Source: Octopus vulgaris | Lineage: Eukaryota | DNA: 64,000 nt | Direction of reading: 5' to 3' | Assembly: GCA_951406725.2 (NCBI GenBank) | Contig: OX597834.1 | Location: forward strand, 20,522,001-20,586,000 | Notes under the pieces: model-generated | What the model was told of the DNA's origin: nothing | The model's input: the letters and a program-made list of their open reading frames with translations, nothing else | The model's database searches: none | Translations under genes and position numbers: made by a program | Shown: positions 24,280-39,068 of the stretch, one piece after another | Position numbering within the stretch: the first letter of the stretch is position 1 | Layout: the number at the start of each line of letters is the position of its first letter

Positions 24280-24800
24280 TATTGTTGTTGTTATATTTTT
24301 TATTTTTGCTTTGTATTTGTACAAGTTGACTCCAAGTCTCACCGAGAGACCTCAAGAGACAAGTTAGAAGTTCATGTTGGTGTTATGCCTAGGGTGTCAT
24401 ATATTTGGTTTTGCACAAAGTATTGTTTTAAGGAATGGAGAAGAAAACAAGAAAATTATGAGTTTGTTTTAAAATTTGAGATTACATAGACAGTATTTTA
24501 CGTAGGATATGGGCAGTTGCTGTTCTTTAATATGTTGGCCTGGTAGTTTCTTGTAGGTAGGCATTGATCTTGGGCTACTATGATAAACCCTTCTGTTTCT
24601 GATTTTAAGCCAGAAGCCCCTTACCATTGATGGATAAGGGCTTTGTCAGCATTGGCACTATTAGCTTTCTTTGGGCATTTGCCTTTGAAAGGTTTTTTTA
24701 TGCCATTTATCAGGAAGGATATCCAAGGCAGCAGTTTTAGCACAGGTTTTCATGTGCTTAGCTTTTTATGTGCTTGTTTCTAGTATTTCTAATTCTGGAA
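24280..24800 (-). mobile_element. R4/Dong-like non-LTR retrotransposon 3' fragment, internally deleted
   Basis: Minus translation gives ..HQW*GASGLKSETEGFIIVAQDQCLPTRNYQANILK, joined out of frame to terminal TAHILRKILSM* (stop 24482-24484). The 3' UTR runs into (CAA)/(TAA)n. Confidence 0.75.
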
Positions 24801-24844
24801 TGTGCTGTGTTTCGAATTCACTTAGATATTCCTTTACCTGTTTT

Positions 24845-25060
24845 GTTAAATCCAGCAATATCTGGCCAAAATATTCCACTAGTTTTATGTCCGAACTGGC
24901 TAAATCAGACCTCTCGTAGCTGTCTTATATTGTCATTCTCAAAAATAAACAATCACATCATCAAAGTCTTGAAATTACGATGTAATTCATGACTAATTCA
25001 AAACAATTTGAATAAATAAGCATCACATTTGACAGAATAATCAGAATGCTAAAAGTTTTA
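24845..25060 (+). mobile_element. Decayed piggyBac-type MITE (second family)
   Basis: Ends AATCAGAATGCTAAAAGTTTTA, similar to AATCTGAATTCTAAAGGGTTAA at ~49409-49430. Reverse-complement copy at ~61225-61865. Confidence 0.55.
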
Positions 25061-25204
25061 AGTAATCTAAATTAAAGCCTTTTATTAAAATTTTGTGTTA
25101 ATTTAGATTTCAAATCCTAGCTTAATAACAACAGAATCATTTTATTGGAATTTTCAATATTTTTCTGCAATTAAGCGAAATAGAGTAGAGGATTTCTACA
25201 GAAG

Positions 25205-25380
25205 CAGAGCATTTGGCTTAGGGGTCAGGATGTTGTACTTGTGATCATAAGATTGGGGTTTCGATTCCTGGACAGAATGGTGCATTGTGTTCTTGAGTAA
25301 AACACTTCATTTTACATTGCTCCAGTCCACTCAGGTGGCAAAAAGGAGTAGTCCTGTGACGGATCACTGCCCCATCCAAT
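25205..25380 (+). mobile_element. tRNA-derived SINE with Meta-like central domain
   Basis: TGGCTTAGGGG A box, GTTTCGATTCC B box, CCTGTGACGGATCACTGCCCATCCA. Confidence 0.65.
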
Positions 25381-25847
25381 ATGACATAGAATGACCTCTA
25401 AACACAGCAGCAACCCCTCACAAAGAGCAAATATTTGATACATCATCAGTTGATCTTCGTTAGTGATCCAGCCTGATCCAGCATGTGGCTTTGGCCAAAC
25501 CCAGCTACATATACTTTCCCTCCCATTTATCGAAGGGGACACAAGCGCTCTCACACATGACGGAGTTTCTCTCTACCAAATTCACTCAAAGCTTTGATCA
25601 GCCTAACGCTATAGGAGAAGGTACTTGTCTAAGGCACCACACTGTGGGATCCCCAAACCATGTGGCCCTTGTGTTTTATATATACCTCCATATCCCATTT
25701 TGTCTCTGGTTCCCTTATAAAACTTTCTTTGTCCATTTCTCCCAGGGAGTGGCACCATATACTTTGTGGATTGATAATTTTACATAAAACTATATATAGG
25801 AATAGGTATATATACATATGTATACATACTTTAAAAACATATAGATC

Positions 25848-26045
25848 AACATCATCATCATCATCATCTATCATCCATTTTCCATGCCGGCATGGGTTGG
25901 ATGTTTTTACAGGAGCTGACCAGCTGAAGGGCTGTTCAGGCTGCAGGTCTGTTTTGGCATGGTTTCTACAGCTGGATGTCCTTCCTAACACAAACTACTC
26001 TACAGAGTGTACTGGGTGCTTTTACATAGCACCAACACAGGCACT
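25848..26045 (-). mobile_element. RTE-type LINE 3' end
   Basis: (CAT)n followed by TTCCATGCCGGCATGGGTTGGA..GCTGGATGTCCTTCCTAAC. Confidence 0.75.
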
Positions 26046-26084
26046 TTTATATATATATATATATATGTGTGTGTATACACATCC

Positions 26085-26281
26085 ACAAGGGGGTACTGAA
26101 AAGTTCCTGGCTTTAAGGGTATCACAAAAGGCCTAGCTGGAGGCCCAAACTTCCAAGTTCTTTCATAGGGCTTTGAAAAACTGAAGGACTGCTGCAAGAT
26201 GTATATGAATCTGGGATTAACTGATCCTTATGTATTTTCTTTTACCCAGAGCCGCCAGGAATTTTTAAGCACTCCTTCATG
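26085..26281. mobile_element. Mariner-type MITE
   Basis: Imperfect TIRs AGGGGGTACTGAAAAGTTCCTGGC / GCCAGGAATTTTTAAGCACTCCT. A related half-copy lies at ~34930-34965. Confidence 0.7.
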
Positions 26282-26740
26282 TCTATATGCATGTGATTGT
26301 GCATGCATGTATGTATGTATGTATGTGTTGTGTGTGTGTGTGTATGTCTAAATGTAAAATTACAACAGAATTTCTTAAACTTTACATTTAGTTTTTCAAA
26401 CTAACAGAATTTCATCACGTGATTATCTCATAAAAAAAAAAAATCAAACGGAAAAAGAAAAAAATAGTAACAAAAGAAAGTAACAGTTCTTTTAGAAATC
26501 TTTTATCAGATTATTTTTATCATCAATAAATGTTTTTTTACAATTTGTGTTGGTACCGAGGAGTACATTAAACTTGTTCTCCATGGAACTCAGTGAAGAA
26601 TTCTGCTAAGTTGAGATAATTACTTTAGACATTGCTTAGATCTCTATACGATAATTCATACATACATACATACATACCTGTGTGTGTGTGTAAAAAACAT
26701 GCCCTGCCATGTTATCTTTTTGTGCTCATTGACTTCTTGA

Positions 26741-26782
<42 letters not shown>

Positions 26783-27142
26783 TATATATATAAAACTATA
26801 TCTGTCTGTTTGTCTGTCTATCTATCTATCTATTATGTATGTATATGTGTATATATGTATTATATATATGTGCGTATGTATTATATATAGGTACATGTGT
26901 GTATGAATTATATATATATATGTGTGTGTGTGTGTATATATGTGTCTATTATATATATGTATTATATATATATGCATATATATATGTATGTATGTATTTG
27001 TATGTATATATATGTATGTATATGCATGTGTGTATATGCATATATATGTGTACGTGTGTCATATACATGTATATATGTATATATGTATGTATATATGTAT
27101 ATATTTGTGTATGTATATATATATGTATATATGTGTTTGTAT

Positions 27143-27189
<47 letters not shown>

Positions 27190-27814
27190 ATGCATGTGTG
27201 TATATGCATATATATATGTACATGTGTCATATACACACAGAGAAGCAGATGGATAAATAGACAGATAAACAGATGATGATGATGATGATATATAAATGGA
27301 AACGTACATCTATCTACACACCTCTGGAACTGCAATAAAGGAACTGCAAGAAAAAACTGGCCCCATAATCCTGACATGAGCTTTGTCTGTTAAGTTCACT
27401 TTTTTTTTATTGTTGCAGCTTTTTTTTTTTTGCTTTAATCTGTTTTAATGCAGTACAGCAGAAAACAGCAAGACAATGATATGTAAAGCATTGTAATGCC
27501 ATATATGACTCTCACCCCTTCGGTATTTACTCTAATAGCGATAATTCTGAGATTTTAGCTGAAATATTTCAATATCAGCAAGGGAGTCATATTGCTTAGA
27601 AACTGAAAATGGGGGGAAAAAATATGGAAACAAAATAAGTAAATAGATAAATAAATAAATAAATAGATATTGTCTTCTGGTTTTCTTGATTCTGTAAAAT
27701 GAAATATTTTTAAAATACTATTTCTGTTGAAGTTTATTTCAGAGAGTTCTCCTTTTTATCTTAAATAGTTTGCCTTTTGTAAATATCCTTTGGAATCATT
27801 GTTGGCGTCAACGT

Positions 27815-28155
27815 CAGCATCATCATCATCATCATCATCATCTTCATCATAATCATCATCACCGTCATCATCATCATCATCACCACCACCTTCAGCATTA
27901 TCATCATCATCACCTTCAGCATCATCATCACCTTCATCATAATCATCATCATCATCATAACTTCATCGTCATCATCACCATCATCATCATCATCTCCTTC
28001 ATCATCACCACCATCATCATCAGCATCATCATTATCTTCATCATCATCTTCAGCATCATTATCACCTTCAGCATCATCATCACCTTCATCATCATTAGCA
28101 CCATCATAATCATAACCATCATCACCTTCATCATCATCATCATCATCATCATAAC

Positions 28156-28211
<56 letters not shown>

Positions 28212-28390
28212 AACTTCATCATCATCATCACCTTCATCATCATCATCATCACTTCATCATCATCATCACCTTCCTCATAATCATCATCATTATCATAACT
28301 TCATCATTATCATCATCATCACCATTGCCTTAAGCATCGTCATCAGCCTCATCATTATCATCATCATTACGTTCATCATCATCATCATCT
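27815..28390. repeat. Long degenerate (CAT)n array with higher-order CACCTTCATCAT/AACTTCATCAT units
   Basis: Direct inspection. Confidence 0.93.
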
Positions 28391-29398
28391 GTAGAAACAT
28401 TGACAAAAACAAAGCATTGGAGTAAGACATGGTTCGTTGATCCATTAAGTCTTGTCAAAATGGACATCAAAAGCAAGTCAAGAATTATTTTGCAGTTGGT
28501 TCTTTCACCACACAATAAATTTGGCACTTGTTCTTACCTCCACACTAAGTAAGAAACTGAAGTTACTTTCTTGGGTCAAAGGACAGTTTCCTGGTTTCCT
28601 GGTGCCCAAATCAGCAAAGCTACCAAAGGGCTTCATCCGATTTTTTATGCACTTTCTGAAAAGAATTTCTTGTAATCTTTCTTATCGTAATCGAAAAAAA
28701 AATATTCGATGTTATTTGGATTAATATATTTACTTATTTATATATTTTCCATCTGGATTGGAAGCTGATCCATCACTGGAGTTTTTGCCAGCTAAGAGGA
28801 CTGAAGCAATGTGAAACAGTGTTTTAGTAAAGAACACAACATGTCACCTAGTCCAAGAATTGAAACCACTTCTTACGATCATGAGTCCAACAGCCTAAGC
28901 ACTACCTTTCAGACAGAGGATAAACTCATCGTAAATGTTACTTTCCAAGGTATTATGCTCAATAGATGGAATCAAATGAGAAAAAAAATACACCTGCAGC
29001 AGGATTAGTGGAGAGAAGAATTTTTCTCTGTCTGCCAACCCTTTGCTGAGCTTGACACATTTACTTAGAGCATCTTCCTCAGATAGACTACTTACTGCAT
29101 ATGTGTGTGTGTTTGTAGGTGTGTGTGTCTGTGTGTTTTAATGTATGTGTGTGTTTTTTCCCTGTGTGTTTTTGTGTGTGAGTATGTGCATGTGTGCATG
29201 TTTTTGTGTGTTGCTTGCATGTTCATACATGTGTGAATGTGTTTTTCTAGAAACATATACATAAAAATAAATATGGATAGATAGAAATGTACATGCAGAT
29301 GTCTATATACATATTTATATACTTATATAAAACCACACATAAATATAAATATATATCTATATGAAAAAATACAAAACCATTTTATAACATGTATGTGT

Positions 29399-29443
<45 letters not shown>

Positions 29444-29674
29444 CACATAAGTATCTATCAATATATGTGTGTTTGTATGTGTATGTATGTACATCTATAT
29501 ATATGCTTATTGTTTATATGTATATGTGTATATACATATATAAAATATATATGTTCATGCATGTTTTGATATAAATATATATTCATCATGTATGTTTTCA
29601 TATATATATATATATATGTATATACACACACATTTAAATATATGTGTGTGTGTGTGTGTAGAGAGAGAGAGGAT

Positions 29675-29715
<41 letters not shown>

Positions 29716-30224
29716 TTTAATATATTTCTAATAAATGATCAAAGTGATCAGAAAATTGTCCCCCTCTGTTCCCCCAACTCTCCACCCCTATCCCACCCCA
29801 ACAAGTATCTTTTCCCATCTACTCTCACTCTTTTCGTCACCCCCACCCAGTATACTCTTTCATCTTTTTCGTCTTTTTTTTTTTTTGTTTTTACTTCACC
29901 TTCTTTCTCAATTTAAATTTTAAACGTATATTTCTTAAAATTGATTATCCAAAAGGCTTTAGCATTGCATCAATAACATTATATTATATATTATCTGCGA
30001 GAAATAAAATAAAATTTAAATTAAATACAATAAAATTAAATTAAAGAAAAAATATGTACGAAATATATTGACATCGTGTTGTTCTACTGGAATGCACCTG
30101 AGAGAATTATTGGTCTTTTAACTACATTTTAAAAAAAATATTTTCGCTTTTTCCTTTAAAAAAAAAATGAGTTAATGTATGTTAATCAAGTGTGAAGTGA
30201 CAATTTCATATTGTCTCTTTACAC

Positions 30225-31060
30225 ACAATATTGGTTTCAAATTTTAATGCGCGACCAGCAATTTTGAGGAAGGGGCATAAGTCTATTCCATTTATCCCAG
30301 TGCATAACTGGTACTTATTTCATCGACCTCAAAAGGATGAAAGGTGAAGTCGACCTTGGCGGAATTTGAACTCAGAACATAAAGACAGACAAAAATGCCG
30401 CTAAGCATTTTGCCCGTAGTGCTAACGATTTGTCTAGCTCACCCCACTTTTGACACTTAGAATATTAGTTTGAAAATCTGGTACAAGGCCAGCAATTTGC
30501 AGGGAGAGTATACGTCTGTTACATTGACCCCAGTACTCAACTGGTACTTAATTTATCGACCCCCAATCGGATGAAAGGCAAAGTCAACCTCAGCAAAATT
30601 TGAACTCAGAACATAATGGCAGACAAAATACCACAAAGCATTTCACCCTGATTGCTAACAATTCTGCCTTTTTAACACTTAGAATATTGATTTCAAATTT
30701 TGACTCAAGGCCAACAGTTTTTGTGGGGGGGGGGGGGGCATAAATGGATTATATTAACCCCAGTGTTTGACTTGTATTCATTTTATCAACCCCGAAAGAA
30801 TGAAAAACAAAGTTGACCTTAGAGGAATTTGAAATCAGAACACAAAGACTGATGAAATACCACTAACCATTTTGGCAGTAAGGCGGCAAGCTGGCAGAAT
30901 TGTTAGCACCCTGGAGGAAATGCTTAGCAGTTTTTCAACATTGTTCAAATTCCATCAAAGTTGACTTTACCTTTTGTTCTCTTGGGGCTGGTAAATTAAA
31001 TACCAGGGAAGCACTGAGGTCCTCCCCTAGAATTCCAAGCCTTGTGCTTTTAGGAAAAAA
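30225..31060. mobile_element. Three tandem diverged family-B SINEs (-) abutting a family-B SINE (+) head-to-head
   Basis: Period about 230 bp, including a shared spacer ACACTTAGAATATT. The + copy starts AAGGCGGCAAGCTGGCAGAAT at ~30879. Confidence 0.8.
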
Positions 31061-31281
31061 GATTATTTTTGTTATTTTGCTTTGTCTCAGGTTCAGTTTT
31101 ATTCACATACTCCTGTTAGGGATTATGTGGATGTAACCCTGGGCACCCACAAGTTTCCAGCAGTCTTTCAAGTGCTTAGAACCCTCATGATAATCTTTGC
31201 TGTCCCTAAGAGACAAACCTTTTGTAGGAGATCTACCGAGTATTCTATTTCAATTTTTTATTATTATTACTATTGTTGTTG

Positions 31282-31324
<43 letters not shown>

Positions 31325-31327
<3 letters not shown>

Positions 31328-31540
31328 GGCAGGGAGCTGGCAAAATTGTTAGCATGCTGGACTAAATGCTTAGCGCAATTTTGCCTGTCACTACGCTCTG
31401 AGTTTAAATTCCACCGAGTTCAACTTTGCCTTTCGTACTTTTGGGATTGATAAATTAAGTATCAGTCAAGTACTGGCATCAACATGATTGACTTATCCTC
31501 TCCCCCAAATTTCAGGCCTTGTGCCTTTAATAGAAAGGAT
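31325..31540 (+). mobile_element. SINE family B within (ATT)n
   Basis: Head, core and tail flanked on both sides by (ATT)n. Confidence 0.85.
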
Positions 31541-31548
31541 TATTATTA

Positions 31549-31589
<41 letters not shown>

Positions 31590-32139
31590 TACTATTGTTG
31601 TTATATAGGAAGACTCTATCATCCATGCATTCATCTATTTTGCCTGCAGTGTATATACATATTTTTCATCTCATTTCTGCCCCCCACCCCCATCCCACCC
31701 AACATCCCACCTCTCTTCACACTTCACACTTGATTTTCTGTAAACCCCCAACACATTTTAACATATCTTAGTAACTTTCTCTTCATCCAGTGCACCTGTG
31801 GCAAACAAAAAACCTCCTCATCATCATTACTATTATTGTTTCTCTACTATATATGTCTCTATGTATCTATGCATATGATAAACCAGATGCCTTTGTTTTG
31901 TTTTTTTGTTGTTTTTTTTTTTTGTTTTTGGTTTCATTTTGATATTCCTCTATATTTATATATCTATTATTACAAATGCAGCCTTCATTCTTCACTCGGT
32001 CATCCATATATCCAGACATCTAATGCACACATTCATTAGATTCCATCAATCACTCTCTTAGACATATATAGATTTATAGGCACACAGACACAAACCTCAC
32101 ATACATACACTTTCTTTATCCATCATTATAACCCCTGTC

Positions 32140-32176
<37 letters not shown>

Positions 32177-33100
32177 GCTCTCTTTTTTACAATAACACAC
32201 AATGCATTCTCCTAAGGACATGTACACATATATCCATATCCATATATGTAGGTATACATGCAGGCATCCATATGTGTACATACGTATCTGGATGCCGATG
32301 TATATTCATGTCCCTATGTTCTCAGAATATTAAAAAGCATTTATTTAGAAATATCGGCAAATGAAGAAGAAAAAAATATATATATATTTTTTTTTTTTAA
32401 AAAAGCAACAAAAAACATCTTCAAACCACCGAGAAACAAAATAGCCCAAAAAAACAAAAAACAAACAAACAAGGAAATAAGCAAAATGGGAAAAAAATGT
32501 TCTTTCCCCATCACACACAAACACACACACAAAAAAAAAATAATATAAAATACAATAAAATAAAATGAAAAAAAAGATGCAGAAGAAGAAAAAACTGTTT
32601 TGCTATCGTGAAATTAGTGGTTAGTTGTGTAAAAAGCTTGCAGACATGATGTTAGTGTTTGGCAAAAGAGCTGCATCTGAAAGATATTGTTCTGGTTTCA
32701 GGCTATAGGTTCTTAGAATGGTGAGGTGGAGAAAGAAAGGAATAAGGAAGTGGACCAAGATAATGGAAGAATGCAAGGCAGTGCCAAAGCCAAAAGAAGC
32801 AAAATTACAATGGTGATGATGATGATGATGATAATGGTAACAATAATAATGATGATTTTTAGTTTTTTTCCCTTTATTGGCCACAAGGACTTGAGGAAAT
32901 ACACAATAAATATTTTCAGTAGGGGTTACACAGAGAAAGGGAATATTATGGAGTAAAAAAAACCATGTTTAAAAATATGAAGAAAGTGGGTAAAGGATGT
33001 TGTGTACAATATATGGAAGGACATTTATGCTGTGTACAATATATGGAAGGACACATGCAGTTATATACACTCATGTTCACTCTTGTGCATCCTTATACAT

Positions 33101-33420
33101 ACCATCATCATCATCATCATTTAACATCTGTTGTCCATGCTGGCATGGGTTGGACGATTTGACCAGGGCTGGTAGGCTAGAAAGGCTGCACCAGACTCCA
33201 TGGTTTTCCATGGCTGGATGCCCTTACTAATGCCAACTACTCCAAGAGTGTAATTGGTGCTTTTATGTGCCACCGGCACGAGTGCCACTTGTGTGACACT
33301 GGTATCTGCTATGACTGCAGTTTTACTTGGCTTGATGGGTCTTCTCCTCTAGCACTGCATAATACCAAATCATCTCAGTCCTTACTTCTGTGAGGCCCAA
33401 TACTCAATAGGTGTTTCTAC
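33101..33420 (-). mobile_element. RTE-type LINE 3' UTR
   Basis: (CAT)n TTAACATCTGTTGTCCATGCTGGCATGGGTTGGAC. The distal part resembles 55850-55970. Confidence 0.75.
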
Positions 33421-33951
33421 ATCATTACGTAGATAGTTCATACATGTATAAAAGGTAAACAAAAGGTAAACAAAACAATATTTTTCCACACGGCAAGCAA
33501 AGTGAAAGCACATCTGACCATAGGAAAAAAGAAATAATAATAATGATGATGATGACGACGACAATGACGGCAACCACTACTACTACTACTACTACTATTA
33601 TTATTATTATTATTATCATTATTATTTTTTTTATTTTGATTTTGGCACAAGGCCAGCAAATTCTGGGGAGGGGATAAGTCGATTACATCAACCTCAGTGC
33701 TCGATTAATGATGATAAAAGTTTCTTTTATTGGCCACAAGAGGCATAAGAGGTTGGGAAGCAGTTCAGAGGTAAAATGCTTGGGAAAATAAAGGTAAAGA
33801 ACACTAGAGACATTGGCAGATTCACATGGAGTAAAAAGGTGAGATCGGCAATAATAATTAAGTGATATTAATAAATAGATGACAACAAATAGCAATAACA
33901 ATACAGTGCAGCAACATAACAACAAGAAACGATACTATTAATAACAACATC

Positions 33952-34003
<52 letters not shown>

Positions 34004-35236
34004 GTGGTAACACTAATATGCCTGATGGAAATTGTGTGATAATGATTGCAATAATAACAATCATGATGATGATGATGATGATAATTGTGTTGTGATGGTG
34101 GTGAAGATAAAATGTTAAAATGTTTTATAACCTGGAGAAATATTTTTTGTTTCTTTTTTCAATTTTTTTTGTTTTTTTGGTAAATTCCCCTTGGTGGAAT
34201 TATGTGAAGAAAATGAGGGTTTTAAGAGATGGGAATTCATGAATATCATAAAATTGGTAGCGGGTTTGATAATAATAACAATAATAATGATGATAACAAT
34301 ATGGACATGATGGATGATAAGGAGAAATAACAAAAAAATAGGGGACAAATGGGCGATGTGTTAATAGCTAATAAATGTTTTTTCTATAAATAATAATAAT
34401 AATAATGATAATACCAAAATAGGATATTAACAAGAGAAGTTGGTAGAGCATTTTAAGAGCAAATGATGTTTACATCACAAATTACAGAGATGGATAAGGA
34501 TATAGGGAGTTATATTGCTCCACCAGTTACTTGACTGGGTCTTTATTTTGATGACTGCTTTAAAAGGTTAAAGGTAAAGCTTTTTTATTATGAAATTGTT
34601 ATGGTATAAATTAAGGATTTTTAAGAGAGTTCCAAGGCTGCGAATTTGAGGCATGGTTAAACACAGGAATGGTTGTGTAGTTAGTAAATTTTCTGTGTTG
34701 CCATGTGGTTTTGGGTTCAAACCCATCGCATGGCACCTTGGACAAGTGTTTTTGGCTATAGTCCTGTGGATGGCTCTGATAGAAACTCCAAGAAAAGGAT
34801 TTACAGTGTAGAGGGTGACAAGTGAGATGGAAAACTCTGGACAGCTACATGTGATACAATTCAGTAAAACACATGTATCCACACACACACACACACACTA
34901 GCTCGAGGTGCCATGCAGGGGGATATATAAGAGGAGGTGCTGAAAAGTTCATGGCTTTGGGTAAATGAAAGAATGGGAAGGCAGCTCTTCTGTGAGAGCT
35001 GCCTTCCCCGTGGTTTTTATCAGAAATGATGGCTGACTCCTCAGTACCTGAGAAATTTATTCCACTCATTGATGGGACCCTAACAGGTACTACTTTTCCA
35101 GGTCAGAACAGACCTGGGAGTAATGATAATTAAGGGGTGACTTATATGCCCCCCCCCATCACCACCACCAACAACAACTCAAGAACTCCATGACTGACAT
35201 TAAACTGCATCACCGCATCCAGTGGTTATGCACACA

Positions 35237-35270
<34 letters not shown>

Positions 35271-35559
35271 TACGCACACACTTTTCTATTATTTCTTAAA
35301 ATTATTCTCTGGAAACCTACCAAATGTAATCCAAATATCCCCAAATCCAATATCATAGCTGGTAAACATTTACTTTCCCTCACATACACACACACATATA
35401 TAGGAATGTGTGTGTTTGTCTTATCATAAAAAGAAAACATGGCTGTCAGAACTGTGGTTCCTTTTATGATGCAATACAGCCTCCCCGCTCCACCTCCATT
35501 CAACATCATTTTGTTAGAAACCCCTATTACTATTATGGTTGTTGTTGTTGTTATTATTA

Positions 35560-35618
<59 letters not shown>

Positions 35619-37664
35619 TTCAAAATTCCTCATACGTGAATTTCTAAGGCAGGAACATGAAGGAATGCACAAGACAAAACCCCCTTCTTCTTCGCAACCA
35701 TCACCACCGCATCAACACCTCGAACCCACCTACCCACCCACCCCACACCCTACCAAAGAAAAACAATGAAAATTGGAATGCAATACCACAACAAAACCAT
35801 TTACAAACACACACACACACACACACACACTCGTTAAAAAGCTGGATTCCGAAAATCCAAGAAATTCTTGTCTGTGTTTTTTGTCTTTTTTTTTTTGCCT
35901 TCATCCCCTCATCTTCCCCACCTATCATTCCTTATTTTCAAGACAGCTTCGTAATTGTTGATGAAAATTCTACGATTAAAATCCTTAAAATGTATTGGCA
36001 ACCACATTGAGAATAACGGTAAATTTAAACGGTGTACATGACAGCTGCCATTGTAGATTCTGACAAGTCTCTTTGACATGACAAATATTATATTCACTAT
36101 AAACCCATATTAGAATTTGGCATGCATGTTTTGCAGATTCTTGGAGAATTTCTTACATATGGCGGTGGAGGATTCTGTGTTGGTGGTAAGAAATATCGGA
36201 TTGTTTTTGAGGTTTGAGCTGTTTGATTTTGGTTGGGCAAAGAAATGTGTGAGATGGATATTCCAAAGATTCTTGTAGTTGTGTGTATGTGTGTGTGTGT
36301 GGTTGTATGTGTGTGTGTTTGTATGTGTATGTCCTTGTGTGTGTATGTGTGTGTTTGTATGTGTGTGTTTGTATGTGTGTGTGTTTGTATGTGTGTGTGC
36401 TGGTATGTGCGTGTATGTGTGTGTATGTGTGTGTGCTGGTATGTGCGTGTATGTGTGTGTGCGTGTATGTGTGTGTGCTTGTAAATGTGTGTTTGTATGT
36501 GTATGTGTGTCTGCTTGTATGTGCTGTGTGTGTGTATGTGCTTGTGTGTGTTTGTGTACGTGTGCATGTGTGCTTGTGTCTGTGTATGTGTATATGTGCA
36601 TGCTTGTGTGCATGTATGTGTATGTACTTGTGTATGTTTCAGTCGGTCAGTTTGTGTGTGTGTGTGTGTGTGCACATGTGTATGCTTGTGTATGTGTGTG
36701 TGTGCTTGTCGGTTGGTTTGTGTCAGTTGGTTGTTTGTGTGTATGTGTGTTGTAATCTGGTGCAGCTCCCCAGCTTGCCAGCTCTAGTCAGACTGTCCAA
36801 TCCATGCCAGAACGGACAACGGACATTAAATGATGATGATGATGATGTATATGTGTGTTGGTTTGTTTATGTCTCCATAACTTGGCAGTTCGGCAAGAGC
36901 ATCCGATAGTACAGGCTTACAAAAAAAATAATAGGGTTGATGTATTTGACTGAAATTTTTCAAGGTGTCCCCCACCCCTACCAGCATGACCACATCCAAT
37001 AACAGAAACAAGTAAAAGATAAAAGTTAGTGTATTTATTTTCTTTCACAACACATCATGTAACAAGGTAATCTAGAAAGCTCTTGTAAACAAATTATAGC
37101 TATCTACTTAATTAATCTTATTGTGAAGATGTTATTCAAATTAAATATCTAGTTAATTAACAAGATCATCAAGTGCAAACTGTACTGATTTCAAATCTCC
37201 CAGGGGGTCCTCTCCCAAGGCCTTTCACACACATCATGCACTCTTGCTATTTTTTTTTGTTTTCTATATATTTTTTCCATCAAAGCCCCACCATGATATG
37301 AATGTAAGTTTATTTATTTGTTGTCTATTAACCAAGTCAAAGAATTCTAAATCACCAGTACCATATGCCTTGCAGAGACCTAGAATCACAATAGCACAGT
37401 TCCATGATTGTCTGATGTTCTTGTTAATTCGGTTTTATAGCATCAAAACAAGTATTTAGAGCACCGTTAAGTCTGTTTTTGTGTCTATACACATCCTATA
37501 CAAAATCTGAAATTACAACTCAATCATTCTATTTAAATTCATAGAATTACTTAATGAGGAGATCTTTTATCTTTCTGTTTTTTTTACTTGATTCTATCAT
37601 TGGACTGTAGCCATGCTGTGGCCATGCTGTGGCTTAAAGGGGTCATGTGAAAAATCCAGTGCAG

Positions 37665-38090
37665 TTCTTATTCTTTTATTCTCTTGTTTCAATCATTTGG
37701 CTGCAGCCATGCTGGAGCACCACCATAAAAAGGTTTTAGTTGAAGAAACCCCATGATTTATTCTTTATAAGCCGCATACTTATTCTATTAGTCTCTTTTG
37801 CTGAACTGCTAAGTTACAGGGACATAATTGCACCAGCATCGGTTGTCAAGTGATGGTGGGGGACAAACACAAACACTCACACACACATAACTATAAATGT
37901 ATATATATATATATATATATATATATGCAATGGGATTCTTTCAGTTTCCATCTACCAAATCCACTCACAAGACTTTGTTTGGCCTGAGGCTGTAGTAGAG
38001 ATACTTGTCTAAGGTGCCATGCAGTGGGACTGAACCCAGAACCATGTGGTTGGGAAGCAAGCTTCTTACCACTCAGCCACACCTGTGCCT
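37665..38090 (-). mobile_element. SINE family A
   Basis: Full reverse-complement copy. Confidence 0.88.
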
Positions 38091-38435
38091 AATTAGTTAT
38101 GGTTTTTATTTATTTTCTCAGTCTATTTTGCTGAACCTCTAATTTACACAGACATAAACAAACCAACACAATTGGTGATGGGGGGGGGGACAAACACAAA
38201 TACAATTAAACATATACCCTCTCCTCACACACACACAGCAGCAGCAGGAGTAGCAGCAGTGCCAGCATTATTTAATGTCCATTTTCTATGTCTTCATAAG
38301 TTGAATACACACATATATACTGTAGGCTTCCATACAGTTTCTACTTACCAGATTCTCTCATAAGCTATTGATCAACCCAGCACTATTGCAGAAAGCACTT
38401 TACATAAAGCGCTGCACACTTGGACTGAACTTCTA

Positions 38436-38612
38436 CTGTTGCACTTGCTGCAGCTGCTGCTGCTGCTACTACTGCTGCTGTTGCTGTTATTACTACTACT
38501 ACTACTACTACTACAATCACCACTGCTTCTCTTACCCCTACTACTACTACTACTGCTACTACTACTACTACTACTACAACTAATACTACTACTACTACTG
38601 CTGCTGCTATAG

Positions 38613-38644
<32 letters not shown>

Positions 38645-38905
38645 GCTGCTGCTACTATTACCACTACTACTACTACTTCTATTACTACAACTACTACTGC
38701 TGCTGCTGCTACTATTACCACTACTACTACTACTTCTATTACTACAACTACTACAACAATCACCACTGCTTCTCTTACCCCTACCACTACTGCTACTACT
38801 ACTACTACTACTACTGCTGCTTCTTGTACTACTACTACTACTACATCGATCACCACTGCTGCTCATACCCCTACTACCACTACCACCGAAACTGCTACCA
38901 TTACT
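38436..38905. repeat. (CTA)/(CTG) microsatellite with internal block duplications
   Basis: CAATCACCACTGCTTCTCTTACCCCTA occurs twice (~38514, ~38757); GCTACTATTACCACTACTACTACTACTTCTATTACTACAA occurs twice. Confidence 0.9.
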
Positions 38906-39033
38906 GTCGATACTTGTTTGGTTCTCGCATTCACTTCTTAATCTTAAAACAATGTCTAATTCCACTTTCTTTATCTTCCTCTGAATCTCCTTTTATTTTC
39001 TGCTTTGGAATTTATTTACTCTTTATGTGTGTG

Positions 39034-39068
<35 letters not shown>

